A stretch of DNA of 64,000 bases from Candidatus Marinacidobacterales bacterium (GTDB taxonomy: Bacteria > Acidobacteriota > Vicinamibacteria > Marinacidobacterales > SMYC01): contig OZ250169.1 of the NCBI GenBank assembly GCA_965237955.1, positions 576,001-640,000 on the forward strand, written 5' to 3'. Below are positions 1-9,674 of the stretch, piece by piece. Within the stretch, counting starts at the first letter, position 1; each line of letters begins with the position of its first letter. The notes under the pieces were generated by a model. That model saw only the letters and a list, made by a program, of their open reading frames with translations, was not told where the DNA came from and did not search any database. The translations under genes and the position numbers were made by a program.

Positions 1-269
1 ACACTCAAAAAAAAACTTGGGGAAGCCTGAGTGGTGCCTGGATTCCCCATGACCGTCGTGACGAGGTTGTCGACTTCGTGAACACAATCGCCACCAAGAC
101 CCAGCTTCCGGTCCAGCAGATCGTTCAGTGGTGCGGGGTCGCTCGGGGCAAGTTCTACGACTGGCGCAAGCGGTACGGGAAGGTGAATGAGCACAACGGC
201 CTGGTGCCGCGGGATCACTGGATCGAAGAATGGGAGCGCCAGTCCGTGATCGACTACTTCGACTGCCAC
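1..269 (+). mobile_element. IS3-family transposase fragment (orfA end, A9 slippery site, orfB N-terminus), truncated by repeat copy 1
   Basis: A9 run at 7-15 just before the orfA stop; orfB-like peptide VVDFV...GKFYDWRKRYGKVNEHNGLVPRDHW; ends exactly at the repeat. Confidence 0.75.
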
Positions 270-340
270 CCCGTCCTGTGCCAAAACTCGGCCCTTTTGA
301 AATAGACCATCAATCAGCAGCTTAGTGTCCGTGTTTGCGA
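270..340 (+). repeat. Terminal repeat type A, copy 1
   Basis: CCCGTCCTGTGCCAAAACTCGGCCCTTTTGAAATAGACCATCAATCAGCAGCTTAGTGTC. Confidence 0.95.
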
Positions 341-426
341 AAGGTGCAAACTGCTGACCCGCTGAGCGTTCGAGTATTTGGACCAGACGGGATTGAAACT
401 CTGCCCTTTTTTGGGACTTGCAATGT

Positions 427-756
427 CTAGCAATAAACCCCCGAGACGATCAGCAGCGGCGGGTTCTCCAGCGCCAGCGCGTACAGCCGGAGTTGACCGA
501 AGGCGGCGTCCAGATCGGCCCGCTTGCCCTTGTACTCCCAGGCGAAGTGATGGCGCTTCCAGACATCGGCCCAGCCGTCGCCGCCGGTGTCCTTGCGGGC
601 GCCCCGCTCGAAGCAGTACGTCTCGCCGCTCGGGTCGGCCTCGGCCGGCGTCGGTTCGTCGAGCAGCCGGCACAGGTCGATGAAGTGCTCCTGCGCCGCT
701 GAGCGCTCCTTGAGCGCCGAAGCACGCCACTTGTCGATGAACTCGTACGGCGTCAT
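427..756 (-). pseudogene. Truncated N-terminus of MmeI-like type IIL R-M enzyme (near-identical to the 17838 copy)
   Basis: MTPYEFIDKWRASALKERSAAQEHFIDLC...WEYKGK...ENPPLLIVS, then diverges. Confidence 0.85.
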
Positions 757-806
757 GGGCGTATTCAGCGTAGCCGATGACGCCGCGCCCCGCCACGCCT
801 CGCGGT

Positions 807-1757
807 CTAGCTGCTGATTCCTCCCCAGAACTCGCCTGACGATCCGCCGCTTCGAGATGCTCGGCGCCGCATTCCGGACGTGAGCAAGGCACGAAGGGCC
901 GAGTCATCGTCCTGGTGCCGCGCGATAACCGTACGGCGCGACGAGGCCGCCAACTGTAGGTTCAGTTGGGAGAGTCCGTGTTCGTCTATAGCGCGAACGT
1001 GGGGCACGACGTGCCGCGGCGTCTCAGCACCATCGGGTCCAGCTACGAAGCAGTAACCGGGAGTCATGGGGTACATGAGGCACCAGCCTCCTCCACCCGC
1101 GGAGGTGACCAGTACAGGTTCATCCGGCCGGACGAAGCCCGAATTGGACACCGTGCTCCACATTTCCCAGCGCCGGCTGAGGAGCCGTTGGTACATCTGC
1201 GCGAACACGGTGTTGTTCGAAAACAACGTTTCGTACACTCGTCGCAGACTCCCGACATCTGTCGGAAAATCGAGACCCTGTTCGGCAATAAACCTGCCCA
1301 CTCTCGGAAGAAGACGCAGGATGAAAGCAGGCGTGCGAATACACTGAGTGGCCAAGTACGCCACCCACTGTTTCGTCTCGTCCTCGTTTAGTGGAACCAT
1401 CTGCAGGAGCTTCTTGTAGGGTTTCCCGGCATCGCCCTCAACCAAGCTGAGCAGGTGTTCGAGCCCCTGCGAATACAGAAACGACTCCTGACCCCAACTC
1501 CGGGCTCGAACGTCTTTCCCGCGAACTATTCCATCGACACCAAGCTCGTAGACGCGCACCTTGTCCGCGGAAGCCCAGTACTTGTTGCTGAATGCGGAGC
1601 TGAAGTGCTGCCGCCGGCTGCCATCGTGCGCCGGTCGCCGAGAAATGCGCTTCGCGGACTTCGCAGAATCCGGCGGGATCATGGGGAAGCGGTTCCACCA
1701 CTGCTCGCACAGCGGTAGCCACACGTGGTCCGCCAGAATCGTAGCTGTGTTCTCGAT
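807..1757 (-). CDS. DUF4238-like protein; 5' end abuts repeat copy 2
   Basis: Motifs RRQHFSSAFSNKYW, YLATQCIRTP, FVRPDEPV, YPMTP resemble DUF4238; the predicted N-terminal extension is translated repeat. Confidence 0.6.
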   Translation of the reverse strand: MENTATILADHVWLPLCEQWWNRFPMIPPDSAKSAKRISRRPAHDGSRRQHFSSAFSNKYWASADKVRVYELGVDGIVRGKDVRARSWGQESFLYSQGLEHLLSLVEGDAGKPYKKLLQMVPLNEDETKQWVAYLATQCIRTPAFILRLLPRVGRFIAEQGLDFPTDVGSLRRVYETLFSNNTVFAQMYQRLLSRRWEMWSTVSNSGFVRPDEPVLVTSAGGGGWCLMYPMTPGYCFVAGPDGAETPRHVVPHVRAIDEHGLSQLNLQLAASSRRTVIARHQDDDSALRALLTSGMRRRASRSGGSSGEFWGGISS

Positions 1758-1818
1758 CCCGTCCTGTGCCAAAACTCGGCCCTTTTGAAATAGACCATAA
1801 ATCAGCAGTTTAGTGTCT
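1758..1818 (+). repeat. Terminal repeat type A, copy 2
   Basis: Same ~60-bp sequence as copy 1; the next ~25 bp are shared with copy 16. Confidence 0.95.
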
Positions 1819-2280
1819 CTACTAGCTGCGAGAGGAGATTCGGTCGTCTCGATTTCCTCCTCAGGTCCGTACCTAGTGGATACCAATCACGTTGGAAAAT
1901 GGCTCCAGTCGAACCGAGGTCGGTTGCGTGTCCTTCATCATTATTATAGTCGGAACCCTGGGCATCAGCGGAGGAACCGTCCGGCGCAGCGGGCTTCTGG
2001 TCAGACTCCATCATTGTCCTCCGCCGTGATTCGGCCACGGGCGCTCGGCGACAGGCGGGGCGGACACGGACTCTATGCAGTCGGACGTGGATACCCGAAC
2101 TCGTCTACTGGATGACTCGCCGCGAATAGCGCCTTCGGAATACTCCGCTGGCCTTCGGGAAGGTGCAAACTGCTGACCCGCTGGGCCTTCGAGTATTTTG
2201 ACCAGACGCGTTCAAGTTTTTGACACGACGGCATTTGCCCGAGGTGCTCTTCGCGGCATCCTCAACGGCCGGACACCCAT

Positions 2281-2314
2281 CCCGTCCTGTGCCAAAACTC
2301 GGCCCTTTTGAAAT
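2281..2314 (+). repeat. Terminal repeat type A, copy 3 (short, lacks IHF-like box)
   Basis: CCCGTCCTGTGCCAAAACTCGGCCCTTTTGAAAT. Confidence 0.9.
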
Positions 2315-2343
2315 GGTGCTTATATACATGACTAGACAAGCCC

Positions 2344-2709
2344 CTATTTGGATTCACGAATCAGAAAAAAGCCCTCATAGATGAGCAAGGAGACCGCAAA
2401 CGGCACCATAACCAGCCACAAGGTCCCGCTCTCCAGTCCACTGCCCGCCATCTTCGCCAGGTAATTGTAGGCGTACAGATGAACCAGCGCCCCCACCAGG
2501 ACCGTCACCACGAGCCGAGGCCATTCGGTTTCGCCCCGCATCGAACCGAGGATTTTCTCGACGAAAACGAGCACGAGGGCGACGACTGCGAAAGGGTCGA
2601 TCCAATCGAATATGGGCTTGGCCGCAGCGGGATTGACGGCGTAGAAGAAGTTGTTGAGCGTCAAAACGAAAGCTACGCCGAGCATGAAGCATCCTTTTAG
2701 TGACCGCAT
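2344..2709 (-). CDS. Small integral membrane protein (~4 TM), unknown function
   Basis: 121-aa ORF with four hydrophobic stretches; AGGAG upstream. Confidence 0.7.
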   Translation of the reverse strand: MRSLKGCFMLGVAFVLTLNNFFYAVNPAAAKPIFDWIDPFAVVALVLVFVEKILGSMRGETEWPRLVVTVLVGALVHLYAYNYLAKMAGSGLESGTLWLVMVPFAVSLLIYEGFFLIRESK

Positions 2710-2843
2710 ATTTCATCTTCTCCTATTCTTCTGTCGTGTCTAGTCATGGATATAAGCCCCTTTGAAATGGACCATAACTCAAGAGCTTATCTTCAAATTC
2801 CCTCTTATTTCGGAACAGGGAATTACCATCTAACCATTTTAGA

Positions 2844-3140
2844 TACAGATGGTTACCACGTCAAAAACGGCCCGATCAGCCTCAAAAATGGCCCAAATTC
2901 CCTGTTTTTCCCTGTTATTGATGGTTTCCAGCCGAGACCGGATAGCTCCAAACTGTCCCATCCGCCACCCAGTCTGGCTAATTGCGGCACTGCAGAGACG
3001 GACGAGATTTTCCGCGCGGTTGGCGGGGTTTTGCAGGATCAGGTGTCACCAGAGACGCGCTATAAGGGCTGAACAGGCCTCATTTTCGATATTGGTCTCT
3101 AATCTCGATTTTCGAGTGCCACGTTTGCGCCAAATAGGGG
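2844..3140 (+). repeat. Dispersed non-coding segment; related copies at ~34485-34540, ~35250-35460, ~51676-51765
   Basis: Shared blocks CAGCCTCAAA..GGCCCAAATTCCCTG and CCGAGACCGG..AGCTCCAAACTG..CCGCCACCCAGTCTGG. Confidence 0.8.
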
Positions 3141-3329
3141 AGCGGGCCGCTGACCGGGCCATGCGGGCGGCGGAAAAGAGGCCACCCGAGAGGCCCAGAA
3201 GCCGGGGATACCGCGGCGTAGCGGGCTAGCACGTTCTGGTCCAGGTGCGGCCCGGGCCTCCTTGATGTCCATCTTTCCCCAGGCCTGGATCCAGGCCTTT
3301 GCCCGGGAGCGTGGCATCCCGTTTCTGGA

Positions 3330-3500
3330 CGGTGTTTCCCTGCCACGTACGGGGGAACCCGAATCGGCGAGCAGCCGACAGCGCAATCGCAACATTGCAG
3401 CACAAGCTCGGCTCGGCAAACGAAAGTGGCACACAGAATCGGGCTACAGCAAACGGAGCAAAGTCGAGACAACGTTCCATCGCTACAAGGCTATCGCAGC
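3330..3500 (+). pseudogene. IS5-family (IS903-like) transposase C-terminal fragment
   Basis: RKWHTESGYSKRSKVETTFHRYKAI (W..ESGY..RS..E signature). Confidence 0.7.
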
Positions 3501-3529
3501 GAGTTGCGATCTTCTTTTTTGCGGACGAC

Positions 3530-3777
3530 AGGTACCAACGCAGAAGCGTAGCGGGTGTGGCAACGGACGCAATCTGGGCCAGCGCCTCGCGGCCCAAAGC
3601 CTGGGCCTTGACGGCGAGCCTGCGCCGCTCGTCGTCCGAGAGACTGAGACGCTTGCCCCGAAGCCCGGCTCGGAGCACACGGTTCTCCTCTTGCTGGTAG
3701 TCGATCACATCCTGCTGCTGGCGGTTGACCCAGCCAGCTAGAACGAGCAGTAGGAATTGCACGTGGTACGTCATCAT
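3530..3777 (-). pseudogene. rve-integrase-type transposase N-terminus linked to type A end
   Basis: LAGWVNRQQQDVIDY.QEENRVLR...RRRLAVKAQALGR...TPATLLRW; starts ~130 bp inside repeat copy 4. Confidence 0.75.
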
Positions 3778-3907
3778 GGGTCTGAAGATAACACCCTCGG
3801 GCTAGACGATTGTAAAGCGCACGGCCCTTGGCCCCGGCACAAACACAGACACTAAGCTGCTGATTTATGGCCTATTTCAAAAGGGCCCAGTTTTGGCACA
3901 GGACGGG
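3778..3907 (-). repeat. Terminal repeat type A, copy 4 (full leader up to transposase start)
   Basis: Reverse complement of type A, ending TTTTGGCACAGGACGGG. Confidence 0.95.
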
Positions 3908-4077
3908 AGGCAGAGCCAGCCCTGGACATAGTTGGTCGTCGCCATCGCTGGTTGGCTCCAGCGTGACCAACAGGCCGCTATCGTTTGTGTTTTTGGACAC
4001 GACGCGAGCACCTCCGCCTCAAGCTGCACCGGGGGACGTCGGATGTCCCGAATGTCCAAGAGCGGCAAGGGCCGACA

Positions 4078-4860
4078 TTAACGGACGGGAGGATCGCTAT
4101 TAAACTCCAGCACGAGATGAAATACCAGAACTTCAGACTTGCGTCCGTTGTGTGGTGAATATGGAACCCTGCAGAACAATGTCTCGTCTGGGGATGTATG
4201 TATCCGGTGCTTGAAGGTTGGAATAGGCGGAACCCTAGCAGAGAGCGCACTATCGATCTTGGTGAGCCAATACGAACGGTCACCACAAATCGTATATGCG
4301 ACCATTCCACCAACTTCATGATCGGTATAGGGCTCGTGGGGATCGGAGAATCGTTCTATTCCATCTTTCGAAAGGTACGAACGCGCGATATCGCTGGCCC
4401 TCACAAGACACTTAGCTTCGATGCGAAGGTCGAGGATTTCAGAGCCCAGCCTATACACACGGATGTCGGTTGGTTTGGCGTGCCTGCCGATGCCCTTCTT
4501 CCGGCGTCGCGGGGCTTCCAACGAAAATTGGAGCCCGTCGACATCAACAAGATCATCGTACGCTGGTTCAAGGTTCAGAATGATAGCTTCCCTGAGAGTC
4601 TCAATCACTTCGACGATGGCTTCAGAGACTGCGGTCTCTGATGGAATTCTTACATGGCCTCCCTTCTCCAAACGAGCTTTGACCGGACGCCACCAACCTT
4701 GAAGTGTCGTATAGCGAGATTGGCCTTCTGGGCTCCGAATGCGCTTTTCGGCTTCTTGGAACAGACGAATAACCTGATAAACAGTATGCTCCCACAACAG
4801 GTCCCGGGCCTGATTAGATACAGCATCGCTTCCAAGACTCGTCGGGGAGAACTTAGTCAT
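4078..4860 (-). CDS. Putative PD-(D/E)xK nuclease coupled to the methyltransferase
   Basis: ATG at 4860 overlaps the MTase stop (ATGACTAA); motif PTDIRV...IEAK, then YLSKDGIERF..GGMVAY. Confidence 0.65.
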   Translation of the reverse strand: MTKFSPTSLGSDAVSNQARDLLWEHTVYQVIRLFQEAEKRIRSPEGQSRYTTLQGWWRPVKARLEKGGHVRIPSETAVSEAIVEVIETLREAIILNLEPAYDDLVDVDGLQFSLEAPRRRKKGIGRHAKPTDIRVYRLGSEILDLRIEAKCLVRASDIARSYLSKDGIERFSDPHEPYTDHEVGGMVAYTICGDRSYWLTKIDSALSARVPPIPTFKHRIHTSPDETLFCRVPYSPHNGRKSEVLVFHLVLEFNSDPPVR

Positions 4861-7800
4861 ACGCATGCCGCGAACGAAGCACGTTCTCGGAGATTGCACG
4901 CGCATCTGCATATGCCTGCTCAATCGTCCAGGCCCCACGTGTCCATGGTTTTGAAACTTCCGCGCATGACAAGTAGGGGTCGTACACGATGTGTCCATGA
5001 GGACTGAATTCAGCGCGCGACGGCGCCTCATGGAAGACAGCGAGTGTTTCCTTATCGGGGATAGGACCAGCCATTGATTTTCTGACAATACGAATCGTGA
5101 TGTAGGCGAAGCCTTCGTGTTCAGCCGGATCTGAGAGGCTATATTCAATGTGGGCTTCGGGTCCAAACTGCTGCGACAGCTGCCTTATCAGCATGGAGCG
5201 ATAGTGGACAACGGAATCCGCATCCGGAGGCCTGAGGCTGTCATCTGGAATCTGCGCGTCTTCATATCCGTGTCTGAAGCTAGCGTATTCTTCCACCGCG
5301 CCTATGAAGGAATCGTCCAGACCCACCTTGTCGGTAAACAGCCTCGTCAAGTCGGTCTCGCTGAGAGCCTCAAGTCGATGAAGATCGGCATCACCGACCT
5401 CTTCAAAAGGGAAAGGAATGTTAATTAGGTCATTCTTCTCAAGTCGTGCTCTGTCGAGTAGTCGTGTTCTTCCGAACAAGGCGTAAAGATAGCGGGCGAC
5501 GTCAGAGTTGAGGAACCGGGCCACTCCCCGTAGTGCCGCGGCGCTCGGTTGTTTCGAAAGTGGGTGTTCCAGAAAATAGAGTGCATTGAAGCTAGAACCG
5601 AAAGCGATTGGTTGCTCTATAAACGTCACTTCATTCATGTGCCTTGGAATGAGGACTATGTTCCCGGAGAACATCTTCACGAAGGGTGCATTTGGGTAGT
5701 TGCGTGCTACCTGTTCGTGAGGATATGAACTAAACTGGAGCTCATCCAAATGGAGGCGCTCACGGTAATCCGTCGCGCTTAGTAAGAGCGCTCGCGGAAG
5801 TCCGGTTTGGTTCGGGCTTCCGCCGCGGGACACAGCCAAATGCGTTTTGGCGAGAAACGTACTAAACGTCGAATCATACTTCGACGCCCAGAGTGTCAGG
5901 TAATTGGCAAAGCGCCGGTCGATTGGCCGGAGCATCAAGGTCCAGAACCAAGAGGCGGCAGAGCGCGTTAGATCGCGCAGGCGATAGTGTTCGATGTCAG
6001 ACTCCGAGACAATGATGGACCATAGATGGCCGTGCTCTCCAATGGGTTGCGAGGTTAATAGCGGCGAATAGACCCAAACCGGATCCAGAACCTCGGGTTG
6101 TTTTGCTTGAGCGAAGATAGCGAGTGTCGGATTGCGGGCTCCCTTGAACAGTCGATATCGAAAATGAGACAGGTTGGCGAAGCCAACAAGCTTCGTCTGC
6201 TTGGCCAGCGCATTGGGAAACGCAATTGCTGTTCGTGCGACGAAACTGCGTGTCGAGACTAGAATCCCTAATACTCCGTTACGCGCTATAAGATCGCGTA
6301 GAATCTTCCAGACGAATAGCTCCGACAGCCGCTTGTTAGTGACTGGACACTTGGACGGATCAAGTTCGTCGAAGAACACGATGGCGGGTTCAAGACTTGC
6401 ATGGCGTTGCTCTATCTGCGATGCGACACGCTGCACATTCGTGCGATCGGACCTCCTCCCCATGCTACCCCAGGGCGGATTTCCGATGACGTGCGTGAAA
6501 CGGCCGACTTCATCTGCGCCATGCTTGTTGATAGTGAATACGTCCCGATTAAGAATATTCTCCGTGAGTGGTGGGAACACCCGTTCCCGCTTCATCAGTT
6601 TGCGCAAGGCATCAATCGCTGTGTTCTCAACGTAGTCGAGCAGTGTGAGATATAGGCTGAACCGCGTAACATTAGCTGCTTGCGGATTGCGCTCGATGCC
6701 GAAAATTGACTCTTCGAGTAAAGTCCTTGCTTTCTTGAAGTGCTCGGCTTTCCAACGGCTACGAGGCATCGTTCTTTCGAGAATTCGGCGATACGCGCCT
6801 ACGAGAAAGATGCCGGAGCCGGCCGCCGGATCGAGCGTTCGACTTGCTGCTGTAAAGGGTCGGATTCGATCGACTTCATCAAGAACGTAATCGACGAGGA
6901 ATGGCGGAGTGTAGAATGCTCCGTCGTCGTTCTTGTCGTTGGAGGATTCTAAGAGAAGGAAAAGCTCATAGATCGCAGAAAGTGTTTCGGTCCGAAGCGT
7001 TGCAAAAGAGACATCGAGAAATCCGAGCTGCCTTGTTCCTTGTCGAAGGAGATCGCCGTGGCGGATTGCGCGACGTACAAGATGTAGCGCTTGAGATGGT
7101 ATACGCTTCCGGTCAGCAGCGCTGATGGGAAAAATAGCACCGTTCATGATATCATCGATACGATCAAACAGTGCCCATACTTCGCTGGCTGGCCACGCCT
7201 GGTCGGCGATGTCGACGCGTCCGGCTTCGAGGAGAGATCGCGCAATATCTCCGCATAACGGCTTGGCGTTGCTGTCCTTAAGACTTGTGAGCCATGATGC
7301 GGTAACGATGCCCCGGTCGAGCAAGACGAAGAAATAGATGAAACGGCCGATGATAGAGTTGACCAAAAGAGCGCGCTGTTCCAGGTCGTGAAACTGCCCG
7401 CGCACCTCATTGTTGAGTTCTGTTATCGCGTCGAGAATGGCGCTATCGACACGACTACGCCGGTCGATAGCGTAGTCGTTCCAAACTACCGAACTCTTCA
7501 ACGACACAGCCGTTAGCGAGGTCAGCTCTGCAGGAATCGCCTGATCGTCGGCGAGTCTGTCCCAGGGGACGGATATCGGATGTGCACTTGGTGGTGTCAA
7601 GCTCTTGCGGATTTGTAGGGCGGTCGGGGTCGCTATCAGCAATATGGGGACAGTGCCCTGGCTCCAAACTAGCCGATGAAGCGAATCCGCCTCTTTCTCA
7701 TCGCGGCTGATCGCAAAATACAGAATGGGTGCGTACTTGTTGGGCTGGTCCAACCGGCTGGAAGGAAAGCCGAATACCGCATGGACATGTATAGTATTAA

Positions 7801-7954
7801 AAGCCTGCCGCACGACATGGCGGCTAGTGACGGCCTTGTAGTCAGCCCAGCGTCTGATCAATGCCGGGTTGTCGGCAAAACCGAGCCGACTCATCACCCG
7901 CTCGAGGCGAAGGGCGAGTTGGTCTGAATCTGTGATTAGCGGTTCTGTGGACAT
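4853..7954 (-). CDS. Large N6-adenine DNA methyltransferase (Eco57I/type IIG-like)
   Basis: GAFYTP, LDPAAGSGIFL (motif I), GNPPW (motif IV); 1033 aa. Confidence 0.9.
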   Translation of the reverse strand: MSTEPLITDSDQLALRLERVMSRLGFADNPALIRRWADYKAVTSRHVVRQAFNTIHVHAVFGFPSSRLDQPNKYAPILYFAISRDEKEADSLHRLVWSQGTVPILLIATPTALQIRKSLTPPSAHPISVPWDRLADDQAIPAELTSLTAVSLKSSVVWNDYAIDRRSRVDSAILDAITELNNEVRGQFHDLEQRALLVNSIIGRFIYFFVLLDRGIVTASWLTSLKDSNAKPLCGDIARSLLEAGRVDIADQAWPASEVWALFDRIDDIMNGAIFPISAADRKRIPSQALHLVRRAIRHGDLLRQGTRQLGFLDVSFATLRTETLSAIYELFLLLESSNDKNDDGAFYTPPFLVDYVLDEVDRIRPFTAASRTLDPAAGSGIFLVGAYRRILERTMPRSRWKAEHFKKARTLLEESIFGIERNPQAANVTRFSLYLTLLDYVENTAIDALRKLMKRERVFPPLTENILNRDVFTINKHGADEVGRFTHVIGNPPWGSMGRRSDRTNVQRVASQIEQRHASLEPAIVFFDELDPSKCPVTNKRLSELFVWKILRDLIARNGVLGILVSTRSFVARTAIAFPNALAKQTKLVGFANLSHFRYRLFKGARNPTLAIFAQAKQPEVLDPVWVYSPLLTSQPIGEHGHLWSIIVSESDIEHYRLRDLTRSAASWFWTLMLRPIDRRFANYLTLWASKYDSTFSTFLAKTHLAVSRGGSPNQTGLPRALLLSATDYRERLHLDELQFSSYPHEQVARNYPNAPFVKMFSGNIVLIPRHMNEVTFIEQPIAFGSSFNALYFLEHPLSKQPSAAALRGVARFLNSDVARYLYALFGRTRLLDRARLEKNDLINIPFPFEEVGDADLHRLEALSETDLTRLFTDKVGLDDSFIGAVEEYASFRHGYEDAQIPDDSLRPPDADSVVHYRSMLIRQLSQQFGPEAHIEYSLSDPAEHEGFAYITIRIVRKSMAGPIPDKETLAVFHEAPSRAEFSPHGHIVYDPYLSCAEVSKPWTRGAWTIEQAYADARAISENVLRSRHAYD

Positions 7955-8275
7955 CGGCGACTGTCTATGGGGTCATGTTCCTGGGTTCCCCTCCGTGCTG
8001 CCCAACGTACTCTCTTTCTGGGCGCAGGGGCACGGATTGACACTGGTGCGGGGGGGTCTCAACGCACAGGCCCGGTGCGCGCCGACGATGTGCGATGCGG
8101 GCCTGCCAAGCTGAGACATCTACTGAGCATGTTACACTCAACAGTGGCCGCAGTCTGCTGCAAAGCGGGACTGCGCGCTCAAGGGCCTCCCCTGAGGATC
8201 GACGTGTACCGGAAGAAGGCATCTTCCACACGGACCTGCCGATGGTACTCTGCGTCCTTCTTCCACCGTCGCCAC

Positions 8276-8380
8276 CCCGTCCTGTGCCAAAACTCGGCCC
8301 TTTTGAAATAGGCCATAAATCAGCAACTTAGTGTCTGTGTTTGCGACCGGGCCAAGGGCCGTGGGCTTTACAATCGTCTT
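8276..8380 (+). repeat. Terminal repeat type A, copy 5
   Basis: Type A plus leader GACCGGGCCAAGGGCCGTGGGCTTTACAATCGTCT. Confidence 0.95.
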
Positions 8381-8459
8381 GGGCGGGCGGGTCGTCACCA
8401 TGCAGATGACCTCCTAGTCGAGAGCGAATATCGAAGCGTCCAACGCCAGCTGTGTGACC

Positions 8460-8699
8460 TCAAGTGGCCGCCTTCCGTTCCAGTGGATTTTGTGCGCGAC
8501 TCCTGACCGTCGGTGACGTGTGTCGACTCGTGCGGGTGAAAGGATGTTCTAGGCGGTAGCCGGCACCTATGTCAATTCCGGCTTCGTTTAGGCGATCCAG
8601 TATTCCGAAAAGCTGCTCGATGCGCTGTCGCTGTGGCTTTGGCACTGAATCGACCAGTACTTGATAGTCTTTTTCTCGGTCACCCGGCTCCGAGCTCAT
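8460..8699 (-). CDS. Small hypothetical protein coupled to the protease
   Basis: ATGA overlap with the stop of 8696-9616. Confidence 0.65.
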   Translation of the reverse strand: MSSEPGDREKDYQVLVDSVPKPQRQRIEQLFGILDRLNEAGIDIGAGYRLEHPFTRTSRHTSPTVRSRAQNPLERKAAT

Positions 8700-9616
8700 A
8701 AGTACTCCCTTGTGTGCATGACCATGAACTCTCCGCCATAGTTCTTGTAGACGTAGTCAGAGAGCAACGAGAAGTACGACAGAAGTTTCTCACTGAGTTC
8801 CTTATTCTGATCGAAGTCATCGATTCGAAGCTTCAAGACATCCCGTACCGTCCCCATTGAGATGCCCCGCCCGTGCGAGTGCCACATCTCATTGTTGCTC
8901 AAAACGTTAGCTATTTCTTCGGCCCTTTGCTTCTTCATCTCCTCGGTTACTTTTATCCCGCAGGTCTCCGTCTTCTCCCAGTCCTTAAATTTGTAGGTAG
9001 TCAGCCACTTCTTTAGAAGTGTAACCGCGAGATTTCGGGCCTGTTCGTACTGGTGTAGCTCGGCAAGGTCGAGCTTCATCAGGAGGCCAAGTTCTGCGTC
9101 CGTAAGCTCGCCGTTCTTTGACTTTTCGATGAAACGATCAAACTGTGCGAGATAGGATACGGCAGGGACCAACTTGTCGTCGCGGACTATCTGCGGGTCA
9201 ATCGGGCCGAGTCGCGAGAAATAGTTCATATGAATTGCGTCTCCAGACATGACGAAGATCGTCCCAGCGGAGAAAGCTACATCGGGGACGTAGAATTCGA
9301 CCTCCTCGTACTTGTGCCGAAGAACATCGACCATCCGCTCGACTATTTCGACAACACCCCCGCCAGTCTGTAGGACGACAGCAATCCTTCGCCTCCGTCC
9401 TTGCTCCGGAATCGAACCGATAGCGTCGCGCAGGTTGTGTTCGGCCCCGGCTCGAATTGGACCGATGGCTGCAACCACGTCCGAGTAGAGCAGCTCCTCT
9501 AACTCACCGATGCTCTTCTGGAGTTGTCGCTGCGCGACCACGGTCACACTCTCTCGTTCCTGCATTGCCTTCGGGCTGTTACGCGAACCCAACCTTGAAT
9601 TCAATGATGGCAGCAC
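8696..9616 (-). CDS. ClpP-class serine protease (SDH_sah-like); true start possibly ~9565
   Basis: LQTGGG, VPDVAFSAGT, LGPIDPQ, WHSHGRGI motifs. Confidence 0.85.
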   Translation of the reverse strand: MLPSLNSRLGSRNSPKAMQERESVTVVAQRQLQKSIGELEELLYSDVVAAIGPIRAGAEHNLRDAIGSIPEQGRRRRIAVVLQTGGGVVEIVERMVDVLRHKYEEVEFYVPDVAFSAGTIFVMSGDAIHMNYFSRLGPIDPQIVRDDKLVPAVSYLAQFDRFIEKSKNGELTDAELGLLMKLDLAELHQYEQARNLAVTLLKKWLTTYKFKDWEKTETCGIKVTEEMKKQRAEEIANVLSNNEMWHSHGRGISMGTVRDVLKLRIDDFDQNKELSEKLLSYFSLLSDYVYKNYGGEFMVMHTREYL

Positions 9617-9674
9617 TGAAGGTGGCTACGCAACTGCTTGCTTGGCGCTTGAATGTGGTGCTTCCGCAATCAAG

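Noticed and set aside
4861-5166. N-terminal 100 aa of the predicted 362-aa ORF
   Set aside because: Overlaps the MTase; the coupled ATG at 4860 is the more plausible start.
7967-8401. Recurrent peptides [18 protein letters not shown] and [11 protein letters not shown] as a protein domain family
   Set aside because: They are translations of the DNA repeat.
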